Below, piece by piece: positions 11,693-21,827 of a stretch of 64,000 bases of DNA; the first letter of the stretch is position 1, and each line of letters opens with the position of its first letter. Source of the stretch: Candidatus Marinacidobacterales bacterium (GTDB lineage: Bacteria > Acidobacteriota > Vicinamibacteria > Marinacidobacterales > SMYC01); the NCBI GenBank assembly GCA_965237955.1, contig OZ250169.1:7200001-7264000 (forward strand), written 5' to 3'. Below the pieces are notes generated by a model. That model ran no database searches. It was not told where the DNA came from and was given only the letters and a program-made list of their open reading frames with translations. Position numbers and translations under genes: made by a program.

Positions 11693-12708
11693 ATGAAAGC
11701 CGTTCTATTGTTGCTGCTGCTGGGACAGAAGTTCTACTCAGACGATCCCATCAAGGACGACCACGACAATCTGCCGATCGATCCGCCCGCGATGATCGAG
11801 CTGAGCGCGACGTACGACTTGTTGTCGAACACCTTTGCTGCGCCGGAGCTCGAACAGCCGATTCCACGCGCGATGAACACCAACACCCTCGGCGAAGTGC
11901 CGAACTCGAGCTGGTTCACGAACCGCATCGGCGTGAGGAACATGAGCCTCGAGGAGCTCGCCCAAGGTCCCGGAAGCGGGGGGGGGCCGATGTCAGCCGA
12001 CCACTCACCATCGTCAGCGCGAAGCAAGGTGGTATCACCCCCGGCTTCACCATCCGCGACTCCCGAGGCAACGTGTACTTCATGAAGTTCGACCCAAAAG
12101 CGCATCCGAGTCTGTCGACCGGAGCAGATACAGTTTCCAAGAACTTTTTCCACGCGATCGGCTACAACGTTCCCGAAGCCTACATCGTTTACGTTCGAGC
12201 GGATAACTTCATTCTCCACGCCAGCGCGGTGATCAATTTGCCCGGCGGCAAGGAAGTACCTATGGATCGCGAGTACCTGGAGTTCATGCTCGATAACGCC
12301 GCCCGTGTCCCCGACGGCAACATCCGGGCGGTAGCGAGTCTCATGGTTGAAGGGGAGCTCCTCGGCCCGTTCAGGTTCCACGGCGCCCGGCCCGACGACC
12401 CCAACGATATCTTTCCTCACCAGCATCGGCGTGAGCTCCGCGGCTACCGCATTTTTTGCGCATGGCTCAACCACGACGACTCTCGCAGCATCAACACGCT
12501 CGACACGTTCTCGGACCAATACGTACGCCACTATCTGATCGATTTCGGTTCGACACTAGGAAGCGGCTCGGACGTGTTCAGCAACATCGCACCGCAGGAC
12601 CCTAGAGCTGGCAACGAGTACGTGATCGACCTGTCCGCGGCGTGGAAGACGGCTTACACGCTCGGGCTCTGGGAGCGGCCATGGCGGCAGGTGAAGTACC
12701 CGTACTCC
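11693..12708 (+). pseudogene. Secreted atypical kinase-like protein; frameshift in G-run near 11980; 3'-truncated near 12708
   Basis: Signal peptide; KQGGITPGF, YFMKFD, WLNHDDSRSIN, YLIDFG; sequence composition changes after YPYS. Confidence 0.6.
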
Positions 12709-13154
12709 AACTTAAGGATACGCGGTTTTCGACCAAGCCGCCAACTGACACGAGTCAGCAACCACGGTGAGAATCGTTTGCCGAAATAAGGATTAAATGA
12801 CTCCGTCTCCGGTGGGGATGCCCGACAGCTCTTGCCGGCCGAGCGCGGTGTAAACGGCCAGAACTCGGCACGAAATTCATCGCCCTACTGTGCGCCGCAA
12901 CAAAGTCTCTTCAGATGGCGCTTGTGAGAGTAAACTCCCGTCTTCATTACCGGGATACGCATCACCTGGAGATCACCCTGGGCGAATACGCGCACCTTGC
13001 AGGTGAGTTTCGGTGTTATCAGAGGAAGGCCAACGGGTTCGCGCGGGGTGCAGACGTTGCCATTCTCCGGGAGTAGTTAACGAGTAAGGGGCAAGCCCTC
13101 ATAGACCTAGGTCGGAGCCGCGGCTCCGGCGCGGGGATAGACTAGGAGAAAACC

Positions 13155-13391
13155 ATGAGTGACGTAATTCCGTACCCTATCAACTTCGAAACCAAGGGAA
13201 TCACCGGCCGTGATGGTTACATCGTTGCCGAAGCCCTCTATTTTGCCACCAAGTGGATTGACGAGATGCCAGACAAAGTGCGGCCATCATCCGACCAGCG
13301 CGACATTTTGCGAATATTGAATGCCGCCTTTCCGGGATTGGGTAGATGTTTTCGGGCCCGCCTAGAGAACCTGCAAATTGTCCACCTCTAG
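13155..13391 (+). CDS. Small hypothetical protein (78 aa) in a lower-GC insertion
   Basis: AGGAG RBS, intact ORF. Confidence 0.6.
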   Translation: MSDVIPYPINFETKGITGRDGYIVAEALYFATKWIDEMPDKVRPSSDQRDILRILNAAFPGLGRCFRARLENLQIVHL

Positions 13392-13400
13392 CACGCAGAC

Positions 13401-13442
13401 GGGTTAGGGACTGGCCGCCAACACTTGGTTGCGGAAGCACCC
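13401..13442. repeat. 42-bp dispersed repeat, copy A
   Basis: 37/42 identical to 25450-25491, same orientation. Confidence 0.85.
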
Positions 13443-13573
13443 GCACTCCGGCGTTTCGAACGTCGGCTCTCCGAACCCGAGGTTGATTGCATCCGGCGGC
13501 GCCGCCTCCACCACGCGACGGATGAGAGAGATGCCGAGGCCTTCGAGACGAGAAGCGGGCTTTGGCAACGGGT

Positions 13574-14413
13574 TCAGGGACGCAAAGCGTCCTCGAGCGC
13601 GACCGCGGCGTCGGTTCCCGGGTCGCGATATTTGACGATCACGGGTGCGTAGAGATGCACACCTTTCGAGGCGGCGAAGCTTCCGCCGGCGGGCCGGCTT
13701 CCGGGAACCACGACCGCTCGCGGCGGTATGGTCAGCGGCGAGTCGGCGCTCGCCCGGAGCACGTCTTCCTTGACCAGATCGTAGACCGGTGTCGAGCGAG
13801 TCAGGACGGTGCCCGGCGCGAGCACCGCTTCGTCGCGGACGAGCGTTCCCTCATAGATGCCGCAGTTGCCTCCCACGAGAACGTTGTCTTCGATGATGAC
13901 GGGCCGTGCGCCGATCGGCTCCAGCACCCCGCCGATTTGAGCGGCGGCCGAAAGATGAACCCGCTTACCGACTTGTGCGCACGAGCCGACGAGAGCATGT
14001 GAGTCGATCATCGTGCCTTCATCCACGTACGCGCCGACGTTGATGAACATGGGCGGCATGCACACCACGCCCGACCCGACAAAAGCGCCATCGCGGATCG
14101 AGGAGCCGCCGGGCACGACGCGCACTTGCTCCTCGAGCTCCAACCCTCGAAGGGGCAACGTGTGCTTGTCGAAAAAACGCATCCGCGGCTGGTCCATGGA
14201 GAAGTCCGTGACCTGCCCGATGCGGAAACCGAGGAGGATGCCTTTCTTGACCCAGGTGTTCACCACCCAACCGTCGCGCCCGGGCTCCGCCGCCCGAACC
14301 TCACCCCGCGACAGCTTCGCGCGAAGCTCCACGAAACTGCTCTCCGCGTTCGGTGGAAGCCGGGAACTCTCGTAAAGCTCTTCGATCGCGTTTTGCAGCG
14401 CGGTCGTGCTCAT
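13574..14413 (-). CDS. dapD: Tetrahydrodipicolinate N-succinyltransferase
   Basis: WVKKGILLGF, FFDK, GSCAQVG, IGGVLEP, hexapeptide repeats. Confidence 0.96.
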   Translation of the reverse strand: MSTTALQNAIEELYESSRLPPNAESSFVELRAKLSRGEVRAAEPGRDGWVVNTWVKKGILLGFRIGQVTDFSMDQPRMRFFDKHTLPLRGLELEEQVRVVPGGSSIRDGAFVGSGVVCMPPMFINVGAYVDEGTMIDSHALVGSCAQVGKRVHLSAAAQIGGVLEPIGARPVIIEDNVLVGGNCGIYEGTLVRDEAVLAPGTVLTRSTPVYDLVKEDVLRASADSPLTIPPRAVVVPGSRPAGGSFAASKGVHLYAPVIVKYRDPGTDAAVALEDALRP

Positions 14414-15324
14414 CGAGATGTCTCGGCGCCCCGAGACGCTTCGACCAGGTCGAGACGCGCCAGGTGCCCTCGAAGCTCGTCGCGGTTTTCGAGCTCCATC
14501 GGGACCAGGGGAAGCCGGTAGTTCTCCTCGATGAGGCCCATCATCGAAAGCGCCGCCTTCACCGGAATGGGGTTGGTCTCGATGAAGTTCGCTTTCATCA
14601 ACCCCAGTAGTCGGAAGTGCATATCGCGCGCATCGGGAAGCCGACCCGCGAGCGCGTGGCGGACCATGCTGCTCATCAACTTCGGTGCCTCGTTGCTGAC
14701 CACCGAGACCGCACCGTCACCGCCGAGCGCAATGATGGAAAAGGTCAAGTCGTCTTCGCCGGAGAGGACGCTGAAACCCGGAGATCTCTCCGACAAGATT
14801 TCCATGGCTTGTGACACGCTGCCCGAGGCCTCCTTGATCCCGCGGATGTTGCCGTGCGCGGCCAGGCGTTTTACCGTCCCGGGCAGCAGGTTCGAGCTGG
14901 TTCGACCCGGCACGTTGTAGAGGATGACGGGTACTGAAACTGCGTCGGCTAGCTCCGAGAAGTGGCGGTACATCCCTTCCTGCGTGGGCTTGTTGTAGTA
15001 CGGTACCACCGAAAGAATGCCGTCGATCCCGAGCGATGCCGCGGCTCGTGCTTGAGCGACGACGCGTTCGGTGCTGTTTCCGCCCGCGCCGGCGATCACC
15101 ATCGTGCTCGTGTCGGTCCGTTGGCGCACGATCTCGATGACGCGCAGCTGCTCGGCGTTGCTGAGAGTCGCGCTCTCCCCGGTGGTCCCGCAGGGAACGA
15201 TTCCTTCGACGCCTCCCTCCAACTGCAACCCCACGAGCTTCTCGAGTGCTTTCTCGTCGATGGATCCATTTCCGGTAAACGGCGTCACCAGAGCGGTAAA
15301 CGTTCCTTGCCATTGCTCAGCCAT
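14410..15324 (-). CDS. dapA: 4-hydroxy-tetrahydrodipicolinate synthase
   Basis: GTTGE, PYYNKP, LYNVPGRT, GIKEASG, ETNPIPVK. Confidence 0.97.
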   Translation of the reverse strand: MAEQWQGTFTALVTPFTGNGSIDEKALEKLVGLQLEGGVEGIVPCGTTGESATLSNAEQLRVIEIVRQRTDTSTMVIAGAGGNSTERVVAQARAAASLGIDGILSVVPYYNKPTQEGMYRHFSELADAVSVPVILYNVPGRTSSNLLPGTVKRLAAHGNIRGIKEASGSVSQAMEILSERSPGFSVLSGEDDLTFSIIALGGDGAVSVVSNEAPKLMSSMVRHALAGRLPDARDMHFRLLGLMKANFIETNPIPVKAALSMMGLIEENYRLPLVPMELENRDELRGHLARLDLVEASRGAETSR

Positions 15325-15327
15325 GAC

Positions 15328-16065
15328 TTACTCCAGCTCCATCAGAGCAGAAAACTCGAAGACTCCTCGTTTGCCACGAATCCATTCCGCGGCAAAGAGC
15401 GCTCCTCGAGCGAAGCCCTCCCGGCTTCTCGCGGTGTGAGCAATCTCCACGCTGTCGGCGACGCTGTCGAAGCCCACGACATGCCGACCGAAGGCGGCCC
15501 CCGCCCTCAGCGATGACACGTGGAGGGCGTCGGGAGCGATCTTTCCCGTTGGATTTCCCGGTTGCACGTGGGTTTTCGTCGGCGTCTCCGCGAGCACGAT
15601 CTGCGCTAGTCGGTGCGCCGTTCCACTGGGAGCATCGACCTTGTCGCGGTGATGGTGCTCGAGAATGTAGGCGTCGTAGTCGGGAAAGCGGCCGAAGAGG
15701 CGCGCGCCGTTCTCGGCGAGCTTCAAGAAAAGGTTCGCCCCAATCGAGAAATTCGCCCCGTAGACGAGAGCGGTACCGTGCCGCTCTACCGACTTCCGCG
15801 CATCGTCGAGTTCATCGTACCACCCCGTTGTCCCGACGACGATTGGCACTCCCGACTCGGCAGAGCGACGGATGTGGGTCAAAGCGGCGTCGCCGCGGCT
15901 GAAGTCGACGACCGCGTCGGCGGCGGAGAGAGCGCCCGCGTCGAGGCCGACCCCGTCTCGATTCGAGCCGCTGTCCAAAACCAGCACGATCTCGTGCCCG
16001 GCGTCGGACGCGAGCCTCGACACCTCTGAGCCCATCCGACCCTTTCCCACGAGGACCAATTTCAA
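15328..16065 (-). CDS. dapB: 4-hydroxy-tetrahydrodipicolinate reductase
   Basis: GKGRMG, VVGTTGW, NFSIG, EHHHRDKVDAPSGTA; TTG start overlaps the lysC stop. Confidence 0.95.
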   Translation of the reverse strand: MKLVLVGKGRMGSEVSRLASDAGHEIVLVLDSGSNRDGVGLDAGALSAADAVVDFSRGDAALTHIRRSAESGVPIVVGTTGWYDELDDARKSVERHGTALVYGANFSIGANLFLKLAENGARLFGRFPDYDAYILEHHHRDKVDAPSGTAHRLAQIVLAETPTKTHVQPGNPTGKIAPDALHVSSLRAGAAFGRHVVGFDSVADSVEIAHTARSREGFARGALFAAEWIRGKRGVFEFSALMELE

Positions 16066-17495
16066 GTTGTCGACTCCGTGTCCACTCGCGCCGTGTCTGC
16101 CGGCTCTGCCTCCACCGGCTCGAAGAGCTCGGGTTGGTCCACGCCCGCGAAGAACTCTCGATGAAGCCGCCGAACGACTACATCGGCATCGCGCTCGCGC
16201 ACCACGAAGGAGAGGTTCATCTCCGACGCCCCATGAGAGATCGTCCGCACATTGACCCAGTCGAGGGCGCCGAACGCGCGCGCGGCGATGCCGGGAGTCG
16301 AGCAAAGCTCCTCCCCGACGACACACACGATGGCGCAGCCGTGCTCCACGGTCACTTCGGCAAACACCGATAGCTCCTCGACGGCGTCGGACAATTTCTC
16401 GATAGAGTCGACGGTCAAGGAGACACTGACCTCGGAAGTCGAAACGAGGTCCACCGAGACCTCGTGACGATCGAACACCTCGAACATCGACTTCAAGAAA
16501 CCGTGAGCCATCAGCATGCGGTGTGACTTCACGTCGATCACGGTGATGCCCTTCTTCACCGCAATGGACTTTACCGGTACGCCCGCCCGACGCAACCGGG
16601 CGGTGATGGTCGTGCCACTCGCGTCGGGCCGGCGTGAGTTCAGGATCCGCACCGGGATGTTCCGGGCGACGGCGGGCTCGATCGTGGCCGGGTGCAGCAC
16701 CCGGGCACCGAAGTACGCGAGCTCGGCGGCCTCGTCGAAAGACAGCTCCCGAATTTTCCGGCTCTCGGGCACGATCCGATGATCCGCGGTGAGCATCCCG
16801 TCCACGTCGGTCCAGATCTGGATTTCGTCGGCATCGAGTGCCGCTCCGAAAAGCGCGGCCGTGTAGTCCGAGCCGCCCCTGCCCAAGGTCGTTGTCTCGC
16901 CGTCCGGTGTCGCTCCGACGAAACCTTGCACGACGGGGATCTTACCGGCCGCAAGCTCGGGAGCGATGGTCTCCTGGCAGCGCTCGGCGACTCCCGTGAG
17001 CATGGGACGTGCCTTGCCAAAACGCGCGTCCGTCAGCATGACGTTCTTCGCCTCCACCGGCACGACGTCGAGTCCCCCGGCGCGCGCTTTCGCCGTGAAC
17101 AAGAGTACCGACAGCCGCTCTCCGTAGCTCACCATCGCGTCTTGGATGCGCGGGGTGAGCTCTCGCAGCAGAGCGACGCCGCGCACGAAATCCGTGAGCT
17201 CTTCTTCGCAATGCGCGGCCTGCTCCATGACTTCGCCCTGGGCGCGTTGTCCGAGCTCCAGGTCCAGCGCTATCGCACAGTGCTGGCTGACGAGGTCGGA
17301 CAGGATCTGGCGGGCCGCGGCGACATCACCGGAGAGCGCCGTTCGCCCGACGCTGAGGAGGGTATTCGTTGCGCCGGCGACCGCGGACAGCACGACCAAA
17401 GGACCGCGCTCCCGCTCGCCGGCCACGATCTCGACGGCTCGGCATACGGCCGGCGCGTCTTGCACAGACGTGCCGCCAAACTTCATGACAATCAT
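16062..17495 (-). CDS. lysC: Aspartate kinase (lysine-sensitive type with ACT domains)
   Basis: MKFGGTSV, TLGRGGSDYTA, WTDVDG, STSEVSVSLT. Confidence 0.96.
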   Translation of the reverse strand: MIVMKFGGTSVQDAPAVCRAVEIVAGERERGPLVVLSAVAGATNTLLSVGRTALSGDVAAARQILSDLVSQHCAIALDLELGQRAQGEVMEQAAHCEEELTDFVRGVALLRELTPRIQDAMVSYGERLSVLLFTAKARAGGLDVVPVEAKNVMLTDARFGKARPMLTGVAERCQETIAPELAAGKIPVVQGFVGATPDGETTTLGRGGSDYTAALFGAALDADEIQIWTDVDGMLTADHRIVPESRKIRELSFDEAAELAYFGARVLHPATIEPAVARNIPVRILNSRRPDASGTTITARLRRAGVPVKSIAVKKGITVIDVKSHRMLMAHGFLKSMFEVFDRHEVSVDLVSTSEVSVSLTVDSIEKLSDAVEELSVFAEVTVEHGCAIVCVVGEELCSTPGIAARAFGALDWVNVRTISHGASEMNLSFVVRERDADVVVRRLHREFFAGVDQPELFEPVEAEPADTARVDTESTT

Positions 17496-17780
17496 CGACG
17501 TCTAAGGATAGGAAAATTCACACGTGTCTGGCCCCGGTCCGCACGAAATTTCCCCACGGGGATGGGACTGTGCAGTCCGATTGAGTCCTGGTGAGGGTAG
17601 CAGAACTCGAGCAAACAGGGCAAGGCGGCTGAGAGTGTCTCCCGCCGGCACCAGCGCCCTGAGAAGGTTAGACTCTCCCCGCCGATTTTCTTGAGCGCTT
17701 CTCTCTGGACAAGCGTTCGAGGAATCGGGCATACTCGGGACCGAACGAAGACTCTTCCTCGACTGCAAGGAGGTGGTTGA

Positions 17781-18368
17781 ATGGCTCTCGTTAGCCTCGT
17801 TAGCCTCGTTAGATTGTTCGGTGCTCTATGCCTAGCTCTCGCACTTCTTGCGCCTGCCAATCTGGCCGCGCAGGATAAGCCGGTCGTGGTCATCGAGACG
17901 AGCATGGGTGACATCACGGTCGAGCTCAATCGGGCGAGAGCTCCAAAGTCCGTGGAAAACATCCTTTCCTATGTCAACGGCGGTTTTTACGATGGCACGA
18001 TCTTTCATCGCGTTATCTCCAACTTCATGATCCAGGGAGGAGGTTTCACACCCGACATGGAGCGGAAGCCCACTCGGGATCCCATTCAGAACGAAGCGGA
18101 CAACGGGCTGAAGAACCGGCGCGGCACGCTGGCGATGGCCCGCACCGCAGAGATTCACAGTGCAACCGCCCAGTTCTTCATCAACGTCAAGGACAACTCT
18201 TTCTTGGATCACAAAGGGAACAGCTCGCGCGATTATGGATACGCCGTCTTCGGGAAAGTCACCGATGGCATGGATGTCGTTGACAAGATCAAAGACGTCA
18301 AGACAGAAAAAGACGTCCCGACGGAGACCGTTCTCATCAAGACGATCCGGCTTCAGACGGTGGAGTAG
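17781..18368 (+). CDS. ppiA: Periplasmic cyclophilin-type peptidyl-prolyl isomerase
   Basis: [38 protein letters not shown]; signal peptide; AGGAGG RBS. Confidence 0.92.
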   Translation: MALVSLVSLVRLFGALCLALALLAPANLAAQDKPVVVIETSMGDITVELNRARAPKSVENILSYVNGGFYDGTIFHRVISNFMIQGGGFTPDMERKPTRDPIQNEADNGLKNRRGTLAMARTAEIHSATAQFFINVKDNSFLDHKGNSSRDYGYAVFGKVTDGMDVVDKIKDVKTEKDVPTETVLIKTIRLQTVE

Positions 18369-18482
18369 CGTCGCGGCGCAGGTGTCGCACGACCTGCGTC
18401 CAAGCGTGGCGTGGATGTTTTACGCTCCTTCGCCCGGTCTTGACGCAAGCGTAGGCATCGCGCGTCCCCGCCTCTGTGCCGC

Positions 18483-18845
18483 CTAGTAGCTCAGGTTGCG
18501 GTCGTGCTCCACCGCCAGGTCCGCGTATCGCTTTGGATCCATCCAGCTCGCGTTGACAGCGTTCAAGTCGTCCTCGGAGACCCCCCGGGCCTTCCCGCAG
18601 AGTCCTCAGACGTAAACAGGGATGTTGTGCTCCACCGCGAACTGAAAAAGCTCCTTGAGCGGCGGCAAACTCACCGGAAAGATGCTCTCGCGAATCGCCT
18701 GCTTCATCAGCAGGGTGCCATCTCCGACGACGGCCACACTCACCTGGTGGCCTCCCTCTACGGCACCCTTCGCAACCACAAACGGAAGTCCGGCCCGAGT
18801 GGGATCTTCCGAGCCGTGGGTTGAGGTAATGAGAATCTTGGCCAT
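18483..18845 (-). CDS. DsrE-family protein with in-frame TGA at codon 80 (UxxC), probable selenoprotein
   Basis: AGGAGG RBS; THGSEDPTRA...IPVYV-TGA-GLCGKARGV... stays open to TAG at 18483; hairpin immediately 3' of the TGA. Confidence 0.85.
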
Positions 18846-18940
18846 AGGAAACCTCCTAAGAACCAGATTGTACGAGGAAAAGGCCGGCGAGTGAAAGCGT
18901 GGAATGGCGAGCTTCGTCTTCACCTCCTGGCTGTCCAACC

Positions 18941-19810
18941 TCAGGGCTCGACGTCCAGGGCAACGTCGAGAGCGCGAGCGCTGTGGGTCAAGGCGCCCAC
19001 CGAGATCCGATCGACGCCCGAATCGGCCACGGCCCGAATGTTCTCGAGGGTGATCCCTCCGGAGGCCTCGGTGAGGATCTTCCCGGCACACATTTCGACA
19101 GCGCGCCGCAGGGTGTCGGGGTCCATGTTGTCGAGCAGAACGGCATCGACTCCGAGGAGGAGAAGCTCTTCGAGCTGATCGAGGCTGTCGACTTCGACCT
19201 GGATCGTCGTCAGAGCGCCAAGGCTCTCGCGAGCCCGCTCGACCGCCTGGCGGATGCCGCCGGCGAGCGCGACGTGATTGTCCTTGACGAGCACGGCGTC
19301 GTAAAGCCCGTAGCGGTGTGTTCCTCCTCCCCCCGCGATGACGGCGTATTTCTCCAGAACGCGGAGCCCCGGCGCCGTTTTTCGCGTGCTCACGAGGTCG
19401 GGGGGATTGCGGCCGATGGCCTCCTGAAACGTGCGTGTAGAGGTGGCAATGCCGGAAAGCCGCCCGACGAAATTGAGCGCGGTGCGCTCACCGGTGAGGA
19501 TCGAGCGGGCGTCTCCGGAGAGACGAGCGAGAGGCTCGCCGTACTGCACGTCGCTGCCGTCGGCGGCGAGCGATTCAAAGACGAGATCGGGATCGAGCCG
19601 GGCAAAGACCCGCTCCGCCATGAACAGGCCGGCGAGGCGCCCGGGCTGTCTCGCAACGAGGTGCGCGATCGCCTGCCTTTCCGGCGGCACGATCGCGTTC
19701 GTGGTGATGTCACCTGCGGCCGCCAAATCCTCTCTCAAGGCGTCCTCGACGAGAGTGTCGGTGACGGTCGCGTGAGGCGGCTGCGGGTGCAGCTCGTTCG
19801 GCCTGTTCAT
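18941..19810 (-). CDS. nadC: Quinolinate phosphoribosyltransferase
   Basis: ERTALN, STRKTAPG, HRYGLYDAVLVKDNH, LLDNM, EASGG. Confidence 0.97.
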   Translation of the reverse strand: MNRPNELHPQPPHATVTDTLVEDALREDLAAAGDITTNAIVPPERQAIAHLVARQPGRLAGLFMAERVFARLDPDLVFESLAADGSDVQYGEPLARLSGDARSILTGERTALNFVGRLSGIATSTRTFQEAIGRNPPDLVSTRKTAPGLRVLEKYAVIAGGGGTHRYGLYDAVLVKDNHVALAGGIRQAVERARESLGALTTIQVEVDSLDQLEELLLLGVDAVLLDNMDPDTLRRAVEMCAGKILTEASGGITLENIRAVADSGVDRISVGALTHSARALDVALDVEP

Positions 19811-19820
19811 CGGCCACGTC

Positions 19821-20846
19821 TCACAGCTCGAGCATCCGCTCCACGGCTCGTCGCGCCCGCGCCGCGATCTCCGGGGCGATCTGGACCCGATGCGTCATCG
19901 TCTGGAGCGCGTGGAGAATGTTGGCGAGCGTGATGCGCTTCATATGGGGGCAGAGATTGCAGGGACGGATGAACTCGGTATCCGGGTTGTCGATCTGGAC
20001 GTTGTCGCTCATCGAGCACTCCGTCACCATGAGAACCCGGCCGGGTTTGTGGTCCGAGACGAAGCCGCTCATCGCGGAAGTGGAGCCGACGAAGTCCGCT
20101 TCCGCGAGCACACCGGGTGGGCATTCCGGGTGCGCCAGAATCGTGATGTCGCCGTACTGCTCGCGCGCGCTCAAGAGATCCTCTGCCGTGAAACGCTCGT
20201 GCACCTCGCAGCGGCCTTTCCAGAGGATGACGTCGACCTTCGTCTGCTGGCTCACCCAGCGCCCAAGGTACTCGTCGGGGAGGAAAATGACCCTTTCGGC
20301 GCCGAGCGACTCGACGATCTCAACGGCGTTCGACGAGGTGCAGCAAACGTCACTTTCCGCCTTCACTTCGGCCGAAGTGTTGACGTACGTCACGACCGGA
20401 ACGCCGGGGTAGCGCTCCCTGAGAAGACGCACGTCCGCACCCGTGATGGAGGCGGCAAGAGAGCAACCGGCTTCCGTGTCGGGAATGAGAACCGTTTTTT
20501 CCGGGTTCAAGAGGCTGGCAGTTTCCGCCATGAAGTGCACGCCGGCGACGACGATGACCTCGGCGTCCGTCTCCCCCGCGAGTCGGGCGAGAGCAAGCGA
20601 GTCCCCCGAGCGATCGGCCACGCCGTGAAAGATCTCCGGCGTCTGGTAGTTGTGGGCGAGCACGATGGCGTTTCGCCTGCGCTTCCACTGCTCGATAGCG
20701 TGGATGTAGGGGGCGTGCACGCGCCACTCGAGCGCCGGCACGACGGCTCGCAGTCTCTCGTAGAGCGGCTCGGTCTCTCTCGCAATCTCGGGCGTCCACG
20801 GGGGCGGCCCCAGGGCGACCGCGGACTCGGTATGGCCGTGTGTCAT
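19821..20846 (-). CDS. nadA: Quinolinate synthase
   Basis: [39 protein letters not shown]. Confidence 0.97.
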   Translation of the reverse strand: MTHGHTESAVALGPPPWTPEIARETEPLYERLRAVVPALEWRVHAPYIHAIEQWKRRRNAIVLAHNYQTPEIFHGVADRSGDSLALARLAGETDAEVIVVAGVHFMAETASLLNPEKTVLIPDTEAGCSLAASITGADVRLLRERYPGVPVVTYVNTSAEVKAESDVCCTSSNAVEIVESLGAERVIFLPDEYLGRWVSQQTKVDVILWKGRCEVHERFTAEDLLSAREQYGDITILAHPECPPGVLAEADFVGSTSAMSGFVSDHKPGRVLMVTECSMSDNVQIDNPDTEFIRPCNLCPHMKRITLANILHALQTMTHRVQIAPEIAARARRAVERMLEL

Positions 20847-20900
20847 GGTTCTCGTCCCTTCATTATGCTCGCCAAATAAAAAGCGCGCCAACGCGCCTGA

Positions 20901-20921
20901 TTATGCTCTGGAAGAGTATAA
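20901..20921. promoter_or_regulatory. NadQ operator palindrome upstream of nadA
   Basis: TTATGCTC-TGGAA-GAGTATAA fits the ttATRCTC-N5-GAGYATaa consensus; extra half-site TTATGCTC at 20863-20870. Confidence 0.85.
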
Positions 20922-20939
20922 AGTAGCCTGGAGAAGTTG

Positions 20940-21827
20940 TCAACCGCGCCGGGGAAATCGCACTCCGGCACTCGGCCGCTCGCGTACGACATCGCGTCGA
21001 AACCGAAAGATCTCCGCCGGACGTCCGCCCGTTTCGGCAAAGCTGGCGCCGGTGCCTTCTACGAGCCGGCCCGTCTCGAGAAGTCGCCGGAAGTTCTGCT
21101 TGTGCAGGCGCACCCCGGCGAGAGCCTCGACCACCTTCTGAAGCTGGAGCAGCGTGAACGTCTCCGGCATGAGCTCGAAGACGATGGGCCGGTAGCGGAT
21201 CTTGCTCCGCAGGCGGCCGAGCGCGGTGGCGAGGATGCGCCGATGGTCAAGGGCCATTTCGCGGCCGGAGTGCGTTGCCAGGCGCGCCTCCCAGAGAATC
21301 TCGTAACGTTCCAGCACGCGCTCGGGATCCCACGGTGCTTTTCCTTGACCGAAAGCGATCTGGACTCGCTCTTTCCGTTGTTTCGGGGCTTTGTCGACCC
21401 AGCGCCTGAGCCTGGGCAGAAGCTCCTTCTGGAATTGGGAAGTCGGTCCCTCCCGACGATCTTCCCACGGGAAGAACGAGTAGACGTCGAGCCACCCGGC
21501 CGTGCCCTTCACGAGCGCCTCCTCGCGGACGAGGGCGAGATACGCGACGGAGATCACGCGCATCTCTGCGCTGGCGAACGGATCGCGGTCGAGATCGCCG
21601 AACGTGTAGAGCTGCTCGACGTAGCCGAGCTCGAGGCCCGTCTGTTCGCGGACCCAGCCTCGAAGACCGAGCTCGAGCGTCCGGTCCTCGATGGGATCGA
21701 GAGGTCCGAAGGGAAGGGCGGAAATCCCGCTCGGCTCCTGCGTCACGGTGAGCACCCGCGGGCTGTCCCCGGTCACGGCGAGAATCGCGGCGTTGAGCCC
21801 CACGCGGAGCGTGGAATGTCTTCTCAC
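20940..21827 (-). CDS. nadQ: NadQ-family (Nudix-like plus wHTH) NAD biosynthesis regulator
   Basis: LPFGP, GYVEQLYTFGD, DHRRILATALGRLRSKIRYRP, HKQNFRRL, TGGRPA; adjacent to nadA and the operator. Confidence 0.85.
   Translation of the reverse strand: MRRHSTLRVGLNAAILAVTGDSPRVLTVTQEPSGISALPFGPLDPIEDRTLELGLRGWVREQTGLELGYVEQLYTFGDLDRDPFASAEMRVISVAYLALVREEALVKGTAGWLDVYSFFPWEDRREGPTSQFQKELLPRLRRWVDKAPKQRKERVQIAFGQGKAPWDPERVLERYEILWEARLATHSGREMALDHRRILATALGRLRSKIRYRPIVFELMPETFTLLQLQKVVEALAGVRLHKQNFRRLLETGRLVEGTGASFAETGGRPAEIFRFRRDVVRERPSAGVRFPRRG

Noticed and set aside
17500-17780. Canonical lysine riboswitch before lysC
   Set aside because: Consensus loop-E and kink-turn motifs not recognisable by eye
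17787-17812. 9-bp tandem repeat CTCGTTAGC, about three copies
   Set aside because: In-frame slippage in the signal peptide; no evident function
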